From Parcubacteria group bacterium Gr01-1014_38 (GTDB lineage: Bacteria > Patescibacteriota > Andersenbacteria > UBA10190 > CAIZMI01), in contig VMFP01000004.1 in assembly GCA_007376145.1 (NCBI GenBank), positions 6,988-70,987 of the forward strand: DNA of 64,000 nt. The letters run 5' to 3'. Shown here piece by piece: positions 47,566 through 55,736 of this stretch. The position numbers and the translations under genes were made by a program. Position 1 is the stretch's first letter. Each line of letters begins with the position of its first letter. The notes beneath the pieces were generated by a model that had not been told where the DNA came from, did no database searches, and was given only the letters and a program-made list of their open reading frames with translations.

Positions 47566-48759
47566 ATGCGCGTCCTGTTTGTCGCGGCTCTTCCCCCGGA
47601 ACGCTCAAGTATGGTGGGGCGGATTCTGCCGCTCGCGCAGGAAGTGCACGCGGCCGGTCACGCCGTGGAAATTCTCACGTTGTCCGGCGCCCGTCGCGGG
47701 CCGTACACCGAGCGTCGCGACGTCGGCGGCATACGGCTGCGAACGGTGGGTCCGGCGCTCCGCGCGACAGACGAGATTCATCCGCATCCGGTCCGCACAT
47801 TCGTACGCTTTCTGATGGGACACACCGCACTCGCACGCGCCCTCGCGACGGCGAAAGCCGATGTGGTGATTCTCGAAAAACCACAACCACAAAACACGTT
47901 CCCGGCCCTGTCGTTCGCGCAGCGCGTCTCCGTCCCCCTCGTTCTTGATCTCGATGACCTCGAGGCGGAGGCGTCGCGACTCCCCGCACTGTTCCGGTGG
48001 GCATTCGCGCGCCTGGAATCCCAAGCAGTGGAGCACGCAGCAGTGGTGACGGTCGCCTCCGCGGCCCTGGCAGAGCACGTTCGCGCGCTCCGCCCCCGCG
48101 TACGGATGGAGCTCGTGCCGACAGGCGCGCGTCTTCCGCCAACGATCCCGAACGCACACCTCCGCGAACGCCTCGGCCTCCCAGCCGACGCCAAAGTCAT
48201 TCTGTACGTTGGCAGCCTCTCGATTGCTTCGGGTCATCGTGTCGATCACCTCCTGGACGCCTTTGCGAAACTCGCTCATACGATGCCTAACGTTCATCTT
48301 GTCCTTGCGGGGAACGGGCTCGACGAACAGCGCCTCCGTGCGACCGCTCGCTCCCTTCCTCCTGCCGCAAACATTCACTTCCTTGGTCGCTTCACGCCAC
48401 CGTCGGACTTCGCGCTCGCGCACGATGCCGATCTTCTCGTGGATCCTGTCGACCGGAGCCTCACGAATCAGGCCAAATCTTCGCACCGCGTGCTCTTGGC
48501 GCTCGCCACGGGCACGCCGATCGTTGCCGGAGCTGTCGGCATCCGCCCGCTGATGCTTCCTCCCGCCCTGCATGTTACGTGCCTCTACGATCCTGATGAT
48601 CCGGACGCGCTCCGTGCGGCGCTTGCGCGCGGGCTTCACGAAAGCGTCCGTGATCACTTCCGCCTGTACACGGCGGACCGCATCCATCCCTGGACGTGGC
48701 CGGTGCTTGGGCCACGGTTTGTCCATCTTCTTCAATCCGTTGCCCGCTCGACGTCCTGA
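47566..48759 (+). CDS. glycosyltransferase family 4
   Basis: GT-B two-domain pattern; MRVLFVAALPPERSSMVGRIL…. Confidence 0.8.
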   Translation: MRVLFVAALPPERSSMVGRILPLAQEVHAAGHAVEILTLSGARRGPYTERRDVGGIRLRTVGPALRATDEIHPHPVRTFVRFLMGHTALARALATAKADVVILEKPQPQNTFPALSFAQRVSVPLVLDLDDLEAEASRLPALFRWAFARLESQAVEHAAVVTVASAALAEHVRALRPRVRMELVPTGARLPPTIPNAHLRERLGLPADAKVILYVGSLSIASGHRVDHLLDAFAKLAHTMPNVHLVLAGNGLDEQRLRATARSLPPAANIHFLGRFTPPSDFALAHDADLLVDPVDRSLTNQAKSSHRVLLALATGTPIVAGAVGIRPLMLPPALHVTCLYDPDDPDALRAALARGLHESVRDHFRLYTADRIHPWTWPVLGPRFVHLLQSVARSTS

Positions 48760-51173
48760 TGCGCATTGCCTTGACCCTCGTGGCACTCACGCTTTTCCCC
48801 GGCGTTCCGCTCGCCGTCGTCCTGCTCCGCAGTGTGCGCGATGGACTTTCCTGGCTGAGCGTGGCCGGCGTTTTGGGTCTTCTCTGGTCAGCTGCCGCCA
48901 CGGTTGGACTCACGATGCTCCACGTTCCACTCTCACCGCCGAGCGTGCTGGCGATCAATCTCATCCCCGCGCTCGTTCTCCTCACACGGCGGAGCACTCG
49001 GCGTTCGGCGGTCGGAGCCATCCGGACGCTGTCGTTTCCGCCCACCACGGTGTTCCTCGTCCTCCTGGTCGTCGGCGTGCTCCTCCTTCCGTTTCTGACG
49101 GTGCATCGCGGGCTCCCCACCGGCGATGTGCAGAAAGCCATCTTCTGGGGAACCGAGATCTTGGAATCCGCGCGTCTGCCGGACTACGCGGAGGCAACGC
49201 GGTTCAACCGTGACCCCGCAGACTTTGCCACTCCCGCACTGCACACGCTGACGGCCGCCGCGATGCGCCTGTCGGGTGATCCGCTCCGCGGTCCGACGTG
49301 GCTGGCGTTCCTCTCCGGCCTGTTCCTCGCCGGGCTGGCAGCGGCCTTCGGGAGTCTCCTTGACTACCACCACCGCCTGTCCCTTCTCCCTCCGCTCGCC
49401 TTTCTCCTCGCCGCCGCGAATGCTCGTGCTCTTCGCTACACTGCCGCGCCGGGGTACCACTACCAGAATCTTTTCGGAGAGCTCTTTCTCCTCATCAGTT
49501 TCTTCGCGCTCCTGCACGCGATCGGTGGGCGTGGGAATCAGCGCGTGGTCCTCCTCACCGCCGCCGCCGCAGGCCTTCTCCCCTTCGTCCACCAGTTCAG
49601 CGCGTTCTTCGCCATGCTCCTCTTGCCCACCATCTTCCTCATACTTCTCCTGAAGTATCGGGGGGAAGTCGCCTCACTGCTCGTCAATCGCTTCGCGAAA
49701 CGCCGCTCCCTGCTCGCGGCGGGAGCGCTGCTGGCAGCCGCTCTGGTGGCCACCCTCCTCACCAACATGGCACCGAGCGTGTTCTCTCGCCTGGTCACGC
49801 CTGCGCCGCATCTCCGTGCATCTCTCATTCTTCCCTCATCGATCCCGGAACTCCTGGGACTTCCGTTCGTCCTCCTCGGGATCGCCGGGATCATCATTGC
49901 CATCGTTCGCCTCCGTCGTCAGGATCTCGAGTGGCGGTGGTCGCTCCTCCTCATCTGGATCTTCCTCCTTGCGGCTCTGTCCCAGGGACCTCGCTGGTTC
50001 CTCGATATCCCTTCAGCACGCACGTTGTTCTACATCGTCACGCCCCTCGCGGTGCTCGCCGCGCTCGCCGTTGCGCGTGCCGTGGAGCAGATTCGGACTC
50101 TCTGGCCACGCGCGGCTTCCCTCCTGATTCCGGTTGCGCTCGCACTGGCACTCGCGCCGACGGTCGGCGTCCCCCTCAACGCGGGCCTCCAGGGTTTGGA
50201 CCAGCCGACATCCGGTACCTCGGTTCTCACCGATCAGACACACCCCCACAATGCCACCTTGACGCCGGCGATGCGTGAGCTTCTCTCCTTTCTCACTGAA
50301 CATCCACCAGCGTGCGAAGCATCACGCGCCTCCTGTCGTGACGCCATTCTCGTGGATGACTGGGGACAGCGGCGGAGCACCTGGGCGTTGCTCTCTCCCT
50401 ACCGCATGGTCATGCGAGTCGGGGCGGACATCGCCGTCAGCGCGGGAGAAGCGCATCAGAGTGCGCAGCGACGCCAGCAGTACGAAACACTCTTGGATTT
50501 TGAGAAGGTCTTCTCGCTGGGAACCTCGCCGCTGATCCGTCCTCTGTTGGAACGGCACGGGATCTCTCTTCTTCTCGGCAAGAACGGATCCTCCGCTGAT
50601 GTTTTTCGGCGCAACCCATTGCTGGAACCCATCTTCCAGACGTCGGAGGCGACGCTGTTCCGGGCAAAAATGGATGTCGCTGTGCAGCGCATGCCGGTCG
50701 ACGCGCCAGACGCCGACTTTCTGCTCGCGCCCACAACGCTCGTGAACGACATCGGGGACGCGGAAGATGCCGCCCCCCACCTCCCGCTCCCGCTCTTCGC
50801 CCCCAACAGCTCTCATCCGTTGAACATCTCGGAGCAGACCATTCGTGAAATCCGGAGTCAAGAAAGCCGTATCGGAATCAATGTCGGCCGTTTCGTGCCG
50901 GAATTCTGGGATGCCGACCGCAATCGCGTGGTGGACCGTCCGCTCCACCTTCTCCTCCGCGCGCTCTCGAACGGCGCGCGCGGACGTCTCCTCGTCGAGA
51001 ACACGGTTATCGCGACGTTCGCTCTCCCCACAACGGGAGAGCTCCGGAGTATCCGTGTCACCGTTCCGGAACGACTGCTCCGCTTCAATACCAGCGGCGA
51101 AGCCTTCCTCACCCTCGCGCTTGACCGTGGTCCACTCCGCCTTGACCTCCTGGCGGTGGGCCCTCCTCACTGA
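48759..51173 (+). CDS. large polytopic membrane protein (putative GT-C-type)
   Basis: ATG at 48759 overlaps the upstream stop (TGATG). About 800 aa with an N-terminal multi-TM region and a C-terminal soluble domain. Confidence 0.55.
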   Translation: MRIALTLVALTLFPGVPLAVVLLRSVRDGLSWLSVAGVLGLLWSAAATVGLTMLHVPLSPPSVLAINLIPALVLLTRRSTRRSAVGAIRTLSFPPTTVFLVLLVVGVLLLPFLTVHRGLPTGDVQKAIFWGTEILESARLPDYAEATRFNRDPADFATPALHTLTAAAMRLSGDPLRGPTWLAFLSGLFLAGLAAAFGSLLDYHHRLSLLPPLAFLLAAANARALRYTAAPGYHYQNLFGELFLLISFFALLHAIGGRGNQRVVLLTAAAAGLLPFVHQFSAFFAMLLLPTIFLILLLKYRGEVASLLVNRFAKRRSLLAAGALLAAALVATLLTNMAPSVFSRLVTPAPHLRASLILPSSIPELLGLPFVLLGIAGIIIAIVRLRRQDLEWRWSLLLIWIFLLAALSQGPRWFLDIPSARTLFYIVTPLAVLAALAVARAVEQIRTLWPRAASLLIPVALALALAPTVGVPLNAGLQGLDQPTSGTSVLTDQTHPHNATLTPAMRELLSFLTEHPPACEASRASCRDAILVDDWGQRRSTWALLSPYRMVMRVGADIAVSAGEAHQSAQRRQQYETLLDFEKVFSLGTSPLIRPLLERHGISLLLGKNGSSADVFRRNPLLEPIFQTSEATLFRAKMDVAVQRMPVDAPDADFLLAPTTLVNDIGDAEDAAPHLPLPLFAPNSSHPLNISEQTIREIRSQESRIGINVGRFVPEFWDADRNRVVDRPLHLLLRALSNGARGRLLVENTVIATFALPTTGELRSIRVTVPERLLRFNTSGEAFLTLALDRGPLRLDLLAVGPPH

Positions 51174-51193
51174 ACCTCATCCTGCCCTCACCC

Positions 51194-52684
51194 ATGACCT
51201 CACTCTTTACTCTCCGCCGCACGAAGCGCGTGTCCGGTGCTGCCTACCTGGCGGTATCTCAAACGATCCTGGTTGCCCTCGGGTACGTCACGCATGTGCT
51301 CGTCGGAAAGATTGGCGGACCGCCGCTGTACGGTGTCTACGGCCTCGTCCTCTCCTTGATGAGCATCATCAACATGCTTCTCTCGCTCGGAATTCCCGTC
51401 GCGGCATCGAAAGAGGTTGCAGAAGATGAAGCGAACAGCGGGGGCGTGTTTGTTTCTGCCCTGCGACTCCAACTGCTGTTTGCAGTGATACTCGGGGTGG
51501 CAACGTTTCTTCTCGCCACCCCCTTCGCAGCACTCCTCGGTGACTCGCGCCTGCATCCTCTCATTCGATTCGCGGCACTCATCTTTCCCGCGACGGCCGT
51601 GTATGCGTTGTTCTCGAACTACTTCAACGGCCTGCACGCCTTTGCCGCGCAAGCGCGCCTCACGGTCCTCTACGCCGTCGTGAAACTCGCCGGATCCGTG
51701 GGGTTTCTCTTTCTTTTCCGCTCGGTGACCGCCGCGCTTTCGGGATTTATCGCCGGAGGACTCGCGGCAACCGCAGTGGGATTCCTGCAGGCTTGGCCGA
51801 CCATTCGCGGACGTATCCAGAGAACGATCCCGCCACGCCGACTGTTTGTCTTTGCCGGGTCGTTCGTGGGGATCTCCATTGCACTCCAGATTCTCATGAG
51901 TTTGGATCTCTTCCTGGTCAAGCGCTTCCTGCAGGACAACACTCTCGTCGGCTACTACAATGCGGCGACGACCGTTGCGCGCATTCCGTACTTCATCCTC
52001 CAGGGTCTGGGCTTCGTCTTCCTGCCGAGCGTCGCCCGGCTGTTCAAGGAAGACCTCACCCGCGCCCGCACCTTCATCCGGGACGTCTTCCGCTACCTGT
52101 TCCTGTTCCTCGCGCCGATTACGGCGCTCGCGGCCACGACGAGCACAGCGCTCCTGAACCTGTTTTTCTCCGCGGAGTACAACCCGGCCGCTCGCCCACT
52201 CACGCTCTTGAGTATTGCGTTCGGATTCCTCTCCGCGTTCTATCTGCTGTCCACGATCGCCGCCGGTGCGGGGAGACCGAAGATTCCTCTGCGCATCGCC
52301 TGGACGCTCATCGTGTCGGCCGGTGCGCTCGGAACGCTCCTTATTCCTCGAGCGGGTCTCGAAGGAGCGGCGATCGCCACGCTGGCGGCGGCGGGAGCGG
52401 GCGCAGCGCTTCTGGCGATCTACATGTACCGGCAGTTCCTCCTTGCCTTCCCGCTCCAGACCTTCGTTCGTGGGACCATCGCCGTGGTCATTGCCGTCCT
52501 CCCGACCTATTTTGTGACGCCGCCAGCGATGTTCCTTCCTGTCTGGTATGCGCTTCTCTTTGCGGTGTACGCACTCACCTTGATTGCTCTCGGCGAAGTG
52601 CGCCGGGAAGATTGGATGCACCTGAAGAGTCTCCTCCCGCACGGCGGGCGACGCGGCACGACTCCGACAGAGATTGCTCACTAA
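51194..52684 (+). CDS. Wzx-like oligosaccharide flippase (MOP superfamily)
   Basis: About 14 TM helices. Confidence 0.75.
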   Translation: MTSLFTLRRTKRVSGAAYLAVSQTILVALGYVTHVLVGKIGGPPLYGVYGLVLSLMSIINMLLSLGIPVAASKEVAEDEANSGGVFVSALRLQLLFAVILGVATFLLATPFAALLGDSRLHPLIRFAALIFPATAVYALFSNYFNGLHAFAAQARLTVLYAVVKLAGSVGFLFLFRSVTAALSGFIAGGLAATAVGFLQAWPTIRGRIQRTIPPRRLFVFAGSFVGISIALQILMSLDLFLVKRFLQDNTLVGYYNAATTVARIPYFILQGLGFVFLPSVARLFKEDLTRARTFIRDVFRYLFLFLAPITALAATTSTALLNLFFSAEYNPAARPLTLLSIAFGFLSAFYLLSTIAAGAGRPKIPLRIAWTLIVSAGALGTLLIPRAGLEGAAIATLAAAGAGAALLAIYMYRQFLLAFPLQTFVRGTIAVVIAVLPTYFVTPPAMFLPVWYALLFAVYALTLIALGEVRREDWMHLKSLLPHGGRRGTTPTEIAH

Positions 52685-52692
52685 GCCCCCAC

Positions 52693-53307
52693 ATGCGCCG
52701 AACGGTCGCGGCAACTCTTCTGACGGTGGGAGGTGGACTGCTGGCATTTTTCTCAAGTGACCAGTTTCCGTCCAGGGAGTACGTGCTGAACTTTTCCGAC
52801 GAGCGTGACCTCGCCGTTCTTACCTCAATCCAAGGTATCCCCTTCTCTGTCTCGGACGGGCACGTCACCGTCACCGAACCGCTCGCACAGCTCCGCCTCC
52901 CCTTCGGAAAAACCGTTCTCGGGAAGCGACTGGTGTTCCGCGCCCGATTCCGGGCGGATGCAGCCGCCGAGGTTGCCATCGGCGTGAAGAAAGGCACGTT
53001 TTGGCTCGACTACGAGCGGCAATCGTTGTTTGCCGCCGGTTCGGAGGAGCGCGGAGCGAATGCCGACTGGATCGAAGGAGAACGACAGTTTGACTTGAGC
53101 CCCGCATATCTTGCGCCTGACGGATCGCTTGAGCTGATGTTCTTCGTGAAGTATGCGGAGGAACAGCCGCGCCTTGTGCTGGACGAACTGCGGCTCCGTG
53201 TAGAATCTAGCGCACCGAATCTCCGAACGCTCGTCCACCGAGTCCGCAGCCAGGCCGCGCGCCTCATCCGGCGACCGCCGGTGACATCGCTCATCCCAGT
53301 GCCGTGA
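52693..53307 (+). CDS. hypothetical protein with N-terminal membrane anchor (204 aa)
   Basis: ATG at 52693 (MRRTVAATLLTVGGGLLAFF…). Coupled to the next ORF by a GTGA overlap. Confidence 0.5.
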   Translation: MRRTVAATLLTVGGGLLAFFSSDQFPSREYVLNFSDERDLAVLTSIQGIPFSVSDGHVTVTEPLAQLRLPFGKTVLGKRLVFRARFRADAAAEVAIGVKKGTFWLDYERQSLFAAGSEERGANADWIEGERQFDLSPAYLAPDGSLELMFFVKYAEEQPRLVLDELRLRVESSAPNLRTLVHRVRSQAARLIRRPPVTSLIPVP

Positions 53308-53633
53308 CCCTCGACCGCCACTCAACGCTCCGCGGCATCACGCTCGGCCTGTGGGTCCTGACGGGACTCGCGTTCCTCGCCGAAGCGCTACTTCCGGGGA
53401 TCGGGAGATTTCCTCTGCTCGCACCGTGGCTCCTCGCCACATCCATCGGCTGGGTTGCCCTTATCCCGAACCGCGAAAACCTTACCCGTCTCCCCGCATC
53501 ACGCGTGCTTCTCCTCGCCGGCTTCGTGCTCGCCCTCGCCACAAGCTTCGTTCTCATCCGCGATGGCGACCGCCGCTCGCTCCTCTTCGCTGGCTTCGCT
53601 AGCCTTGCGACCCTCCTCCTACACAAAAAGTAA
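53304..53633 (+). CDS. small membrane protein (3-4 TM, 109 aa)
   Basis: GTG start overlapping the upstream stop; hydrophobic throughout. Confidence 0.4.
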   Translation: MTLDRHSTLRGITLGLWVLTGLAFLAEALLPGIGRFPLLAPWLLATSIGWVALIPNRENLTRLPASRVLLLAGFVLALATSFVLIRDGDRRSLLFAGFASLATLLLHKK

Positions 53634-53711
53634 ACGTGCCTGAGCATTTAACTAAACCAATACTGCCCGCATGAGAAAGACCTTCGACCAGGCGTCGAAG
53701 GTCTTTGGGAG

Positions 53712-53930
53712 TCACTTGCGCAGCGACTCCCGGCGTGTGTCCTTTGACGGGAACACCCATCCGCTTCCGCCACACCCAGGGCAGATCGTGGTGCCCTTAC
53801 AACGAGGGCATGCCCCGCAAAGCAATTCGCGGAAGCGTTCGTGCATGGCTCCCACGGTGCCATACGGGTACTTGCTGCATTCGCAGCGGCCAGTGCCAGA
53901 ACAACCACCGCACTGAACAGGCGCGCACAT
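53712..53930 (-). CDS. small cysteine-rich protein with CxxCxGxG (DnaJ-type zinc-finger-like) repeats
   Basis: CGGCSGTG…CGACPRCKG…CPGCGGSG. GGAGG lies 7 nt upstream of the ATG at 53930. Confidence 0.45.
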   Translation of the reverse strand: MCAPVQCGGCSGTGRCECSKYPYGTVGAMHERFRELLCGACPRCKGTTICPGCGGSGWVFPSKDTRRESLRK

Positions 53931-54092
53931 AGAGCACCTCCAGAAAATGGGAAAAGGGTATTCGACAGCAGAGAGGAACGATAACGTTCCGCTTCTGCGC
54001 CGAGCAGCGCCTTATTCCCGTAAAGGTGCTCTTGGAAAGGAGCAGGATGCGATGCTAGCACGTACTTCCCGTTCTGTCAACCTCCAGGAGAC

Positions 54093-54142
54093 AACAAGAA
54101 AAAACCCCGCACTGGATTCACTTCGGTGAATCCGCTGCGGGG
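54093..54142 (-). terminator. rho-independent terminator with UUCG tetraloop, downstream of the 54164..54577 gene
   Basis: 17-bp stem CCCCGCACTGGATTCAC-TTCG-GTGAATCCGCTGCGGGG (54105-54142). Minus-strand U-tract corresponds to plus-strand A6 at 54099-54104. Confidence 0.65.
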
Positions 54143-54163
54143 CAAAAAGGAAGATGCTGCTCG

Positions 54164-54577
54164 CTACCCGACAATCGTGCAGATTCTGACGATCCGCACG
54201 CCTCGCAGGTTGCCATCGTCTGGAAAGAAACCATATTCATGGGTGCGGTCGGTCACCAAGTGGAGGTTGCCACTCTGGATCGCGTCGAGAAGAAGTTGGC
54301 GAGCCTCGTCCTCACTAACGAAGTCACCACGCTGGCGACTGTAGTAGAGGTACAAGACGGAGGCGGGTGTATCCGTCATCGGGTTCCCGACCTTGACCTT
54401 GATCTTCATGATCTCGGGCGTGTCGTCGTTCGGCGGAAAGCCATATTCGACGAAGCGATCCGTCATGATGTCGAGGTTCTCCTCTTCTACAGCCTGGCGG
54501 ACGATACGTCGCGCCTCTTCATGAGGCACGAACTTACGTTGCTTGAGGTCGAAGTACAGGGTGTGGCGCGCTGCCAT
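54164..54577 (-). CDS. hypothetical protein with internal tandem duplication
   Basis: Two about 45-aa repeats (FVPHEEARRIVRQAVEEENLDIMTDRFVEYGFPPNDD / FVSEDEARQLLLDAIQSGNLHLVTDRTHEYGFFPDDG). GGAGG RBS; followed by a terminator. Confidence 0.55.
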   Translation of the reverse strand: MAARHTLYFDLKQRKFVPHEEARRIVRQAVEEENLDIMTDRFVEYGFPPNDDTPEIMKIKVKVGNPMTDTPASVLYLYYSRQRGDFVSEDEARQLLLDAIQSGNLHLVTDRTHEYGFFPDDGNLRGVRIVRICTIVG

Positions 54578-54989
54578 ACGTCCTCCTGAGAGAGTGTTGA
54601 GGTTTAGTTGTCCAAAGAGATAAAAATCCTAGCAGTAAACAGCCTTCCTGTCAAGGTTCGCTGAAGATACGCGTCAGACGTGATACACTAGCAAGACCTC
54701 TCTCCAATGATCGAATCGAAGTTCAGTGAATTCTTTCGGAGTCCGCTCGGCGTGCTCTCGGTGATCGGCGTGATTTTTGTCGCTGGCGTTCTCGTCTTTC
54801 TTTTTGTCGCGCGCGTCTTCCGCGGCCTGATTGAACAAGCCCCGCCGGTGCTGTACTAATTCGCAAGCCAGCCCCACTTCGCCAAAAGCTCCGCGGGGCA
54901 CAACCTCTCCCCGGAGAGGCTGTGGAAAAGTGGGGGTTGACGGCGGTTCGCAGTGCGATACGCTCAGTTCAGAACAGCTTTTTCCAACT

Positions 54990-55180
54990 TTTGGCGTTCA
55001 GTCGGAGTGAAGTGGGTGAAATTCCCACGCTGTGCCGCAACGGTAATTACCCTTAAGCAGCGTCGAAGGGTAAAAGTCCGATCTTCCTCTGAACGATTCT
55101 CGTTCTCCCGAGCAGGAGTGTCGTAAAGACAACGATTGTTGGTGCGTTGCGCCCTGTTCGAGAGAACAGGATTTTTTCTT
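54990..55180 (+). promoter_or_regulatory. cobalamin (AdoCbl) riboswitch with intrinsic-terminator expression platform
   Basis: Conserved core GGTGAAATTCC (55015-55025), then …CTGTGCCGCAACGGTAAT… and a B12-box-like AGTCCGATCTTCC. Followed by terminator CCTGTTCGAGAGAACAGG+TTTTTT (55153-55177). Gene start at 55197. Confidence 0.6.
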
Positions 55181-55196
55181 AATTGTGCGCGCACAC

Positions 55197-55736
55197 ATGC
55201 CGAGCACATTCTTCGCAAAATTCCGTCGCTTCGGGCCTGAAGCGCTCTCACTCGCCCTGCTTCTTCCGCTTGTCCTCGTCCTGGGGTTCGTCCTAACGCG
55301 GTTTCCGAAGGATAGTGTCGTCACGCCGCCTGCGCCGTCCCCAACCGGTAGCATTGTCTCTCCAGCAGCCACCCCGACCAGTTCTCCGGAAGCTTCTCCG
55401 GTATTCAAAGCTCAAACACAGATCATCACCCTCGAAATTCGTGGTCCGGAGGGGTCCGCAACCTACCGGCTACCGGCGCAGGCAGAAGCATCCGTCGCGG
55501 ACCTTCTCGTTCGCGCTTCACTAGAACAGGGGCTTCGCCTGGAAACCAAAGACTACGGAGGGTCACTCGGGATCTTTGTGAAAGCACTCAACGGCTCCCG
55601 TAATGACCCGAAGCGCAAACTGTACTGGTCCTTGTACGTCAATGGGGTGTTCTCGCAACTCGGCGCTTCCAGCGCACGGGTACGCCCCGGCGACAGCGTG
55701 ACCTGGGCGTACGAGCCGATGCACGAAGAGCAATGA
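55197..55736 (+). CDS. DUF4430-domain protein (transcobalamin/intrinsic-factor beta-domain-like, putative corrinoid-binding) with N-terminal anchor and Pro/Ser/Thr linker
   Basis: …DYGGSLGIFVKALNGSRNDPKRKLYWSLYVNGVFSQLGASSARVRPGDSVTWAYE matches the DUF4430 signature (YW.YVNG…GD.[IV].W.Y). Confidence 0.7.
   Translation: MPSTFFAKFRRFGPEALSLALLLPLVLVLGFVLTRFPKDSVVTPPAPSPTGSIVSPAATPTSSPEASPVFKAQTQIITLEIRGPEGSATYRLPAQAEASVADLLVRASLEQGLRLETKDYGGSLGIFVKALNGSRNDPKRKLYWSLYVNGVFSQLGASSARVRPGDSVTWAYEPMHEEQ

Noticed and set aside
51200-52756. 518-aa minus-strand ORF
   Set aside because: Antisense to the Wzx-like flippase. Translation is dominated by R/E/G low-complexity runs.
53648-54061. 137-aa minus-strand ORF
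   Set aside because: Overlaps, in another frame, the 72-aa CxxCxGxG ORF, which has a strong GGAGG RBS and a recognisable motif. The longer ORF has no start context and a low-complexity sequence.
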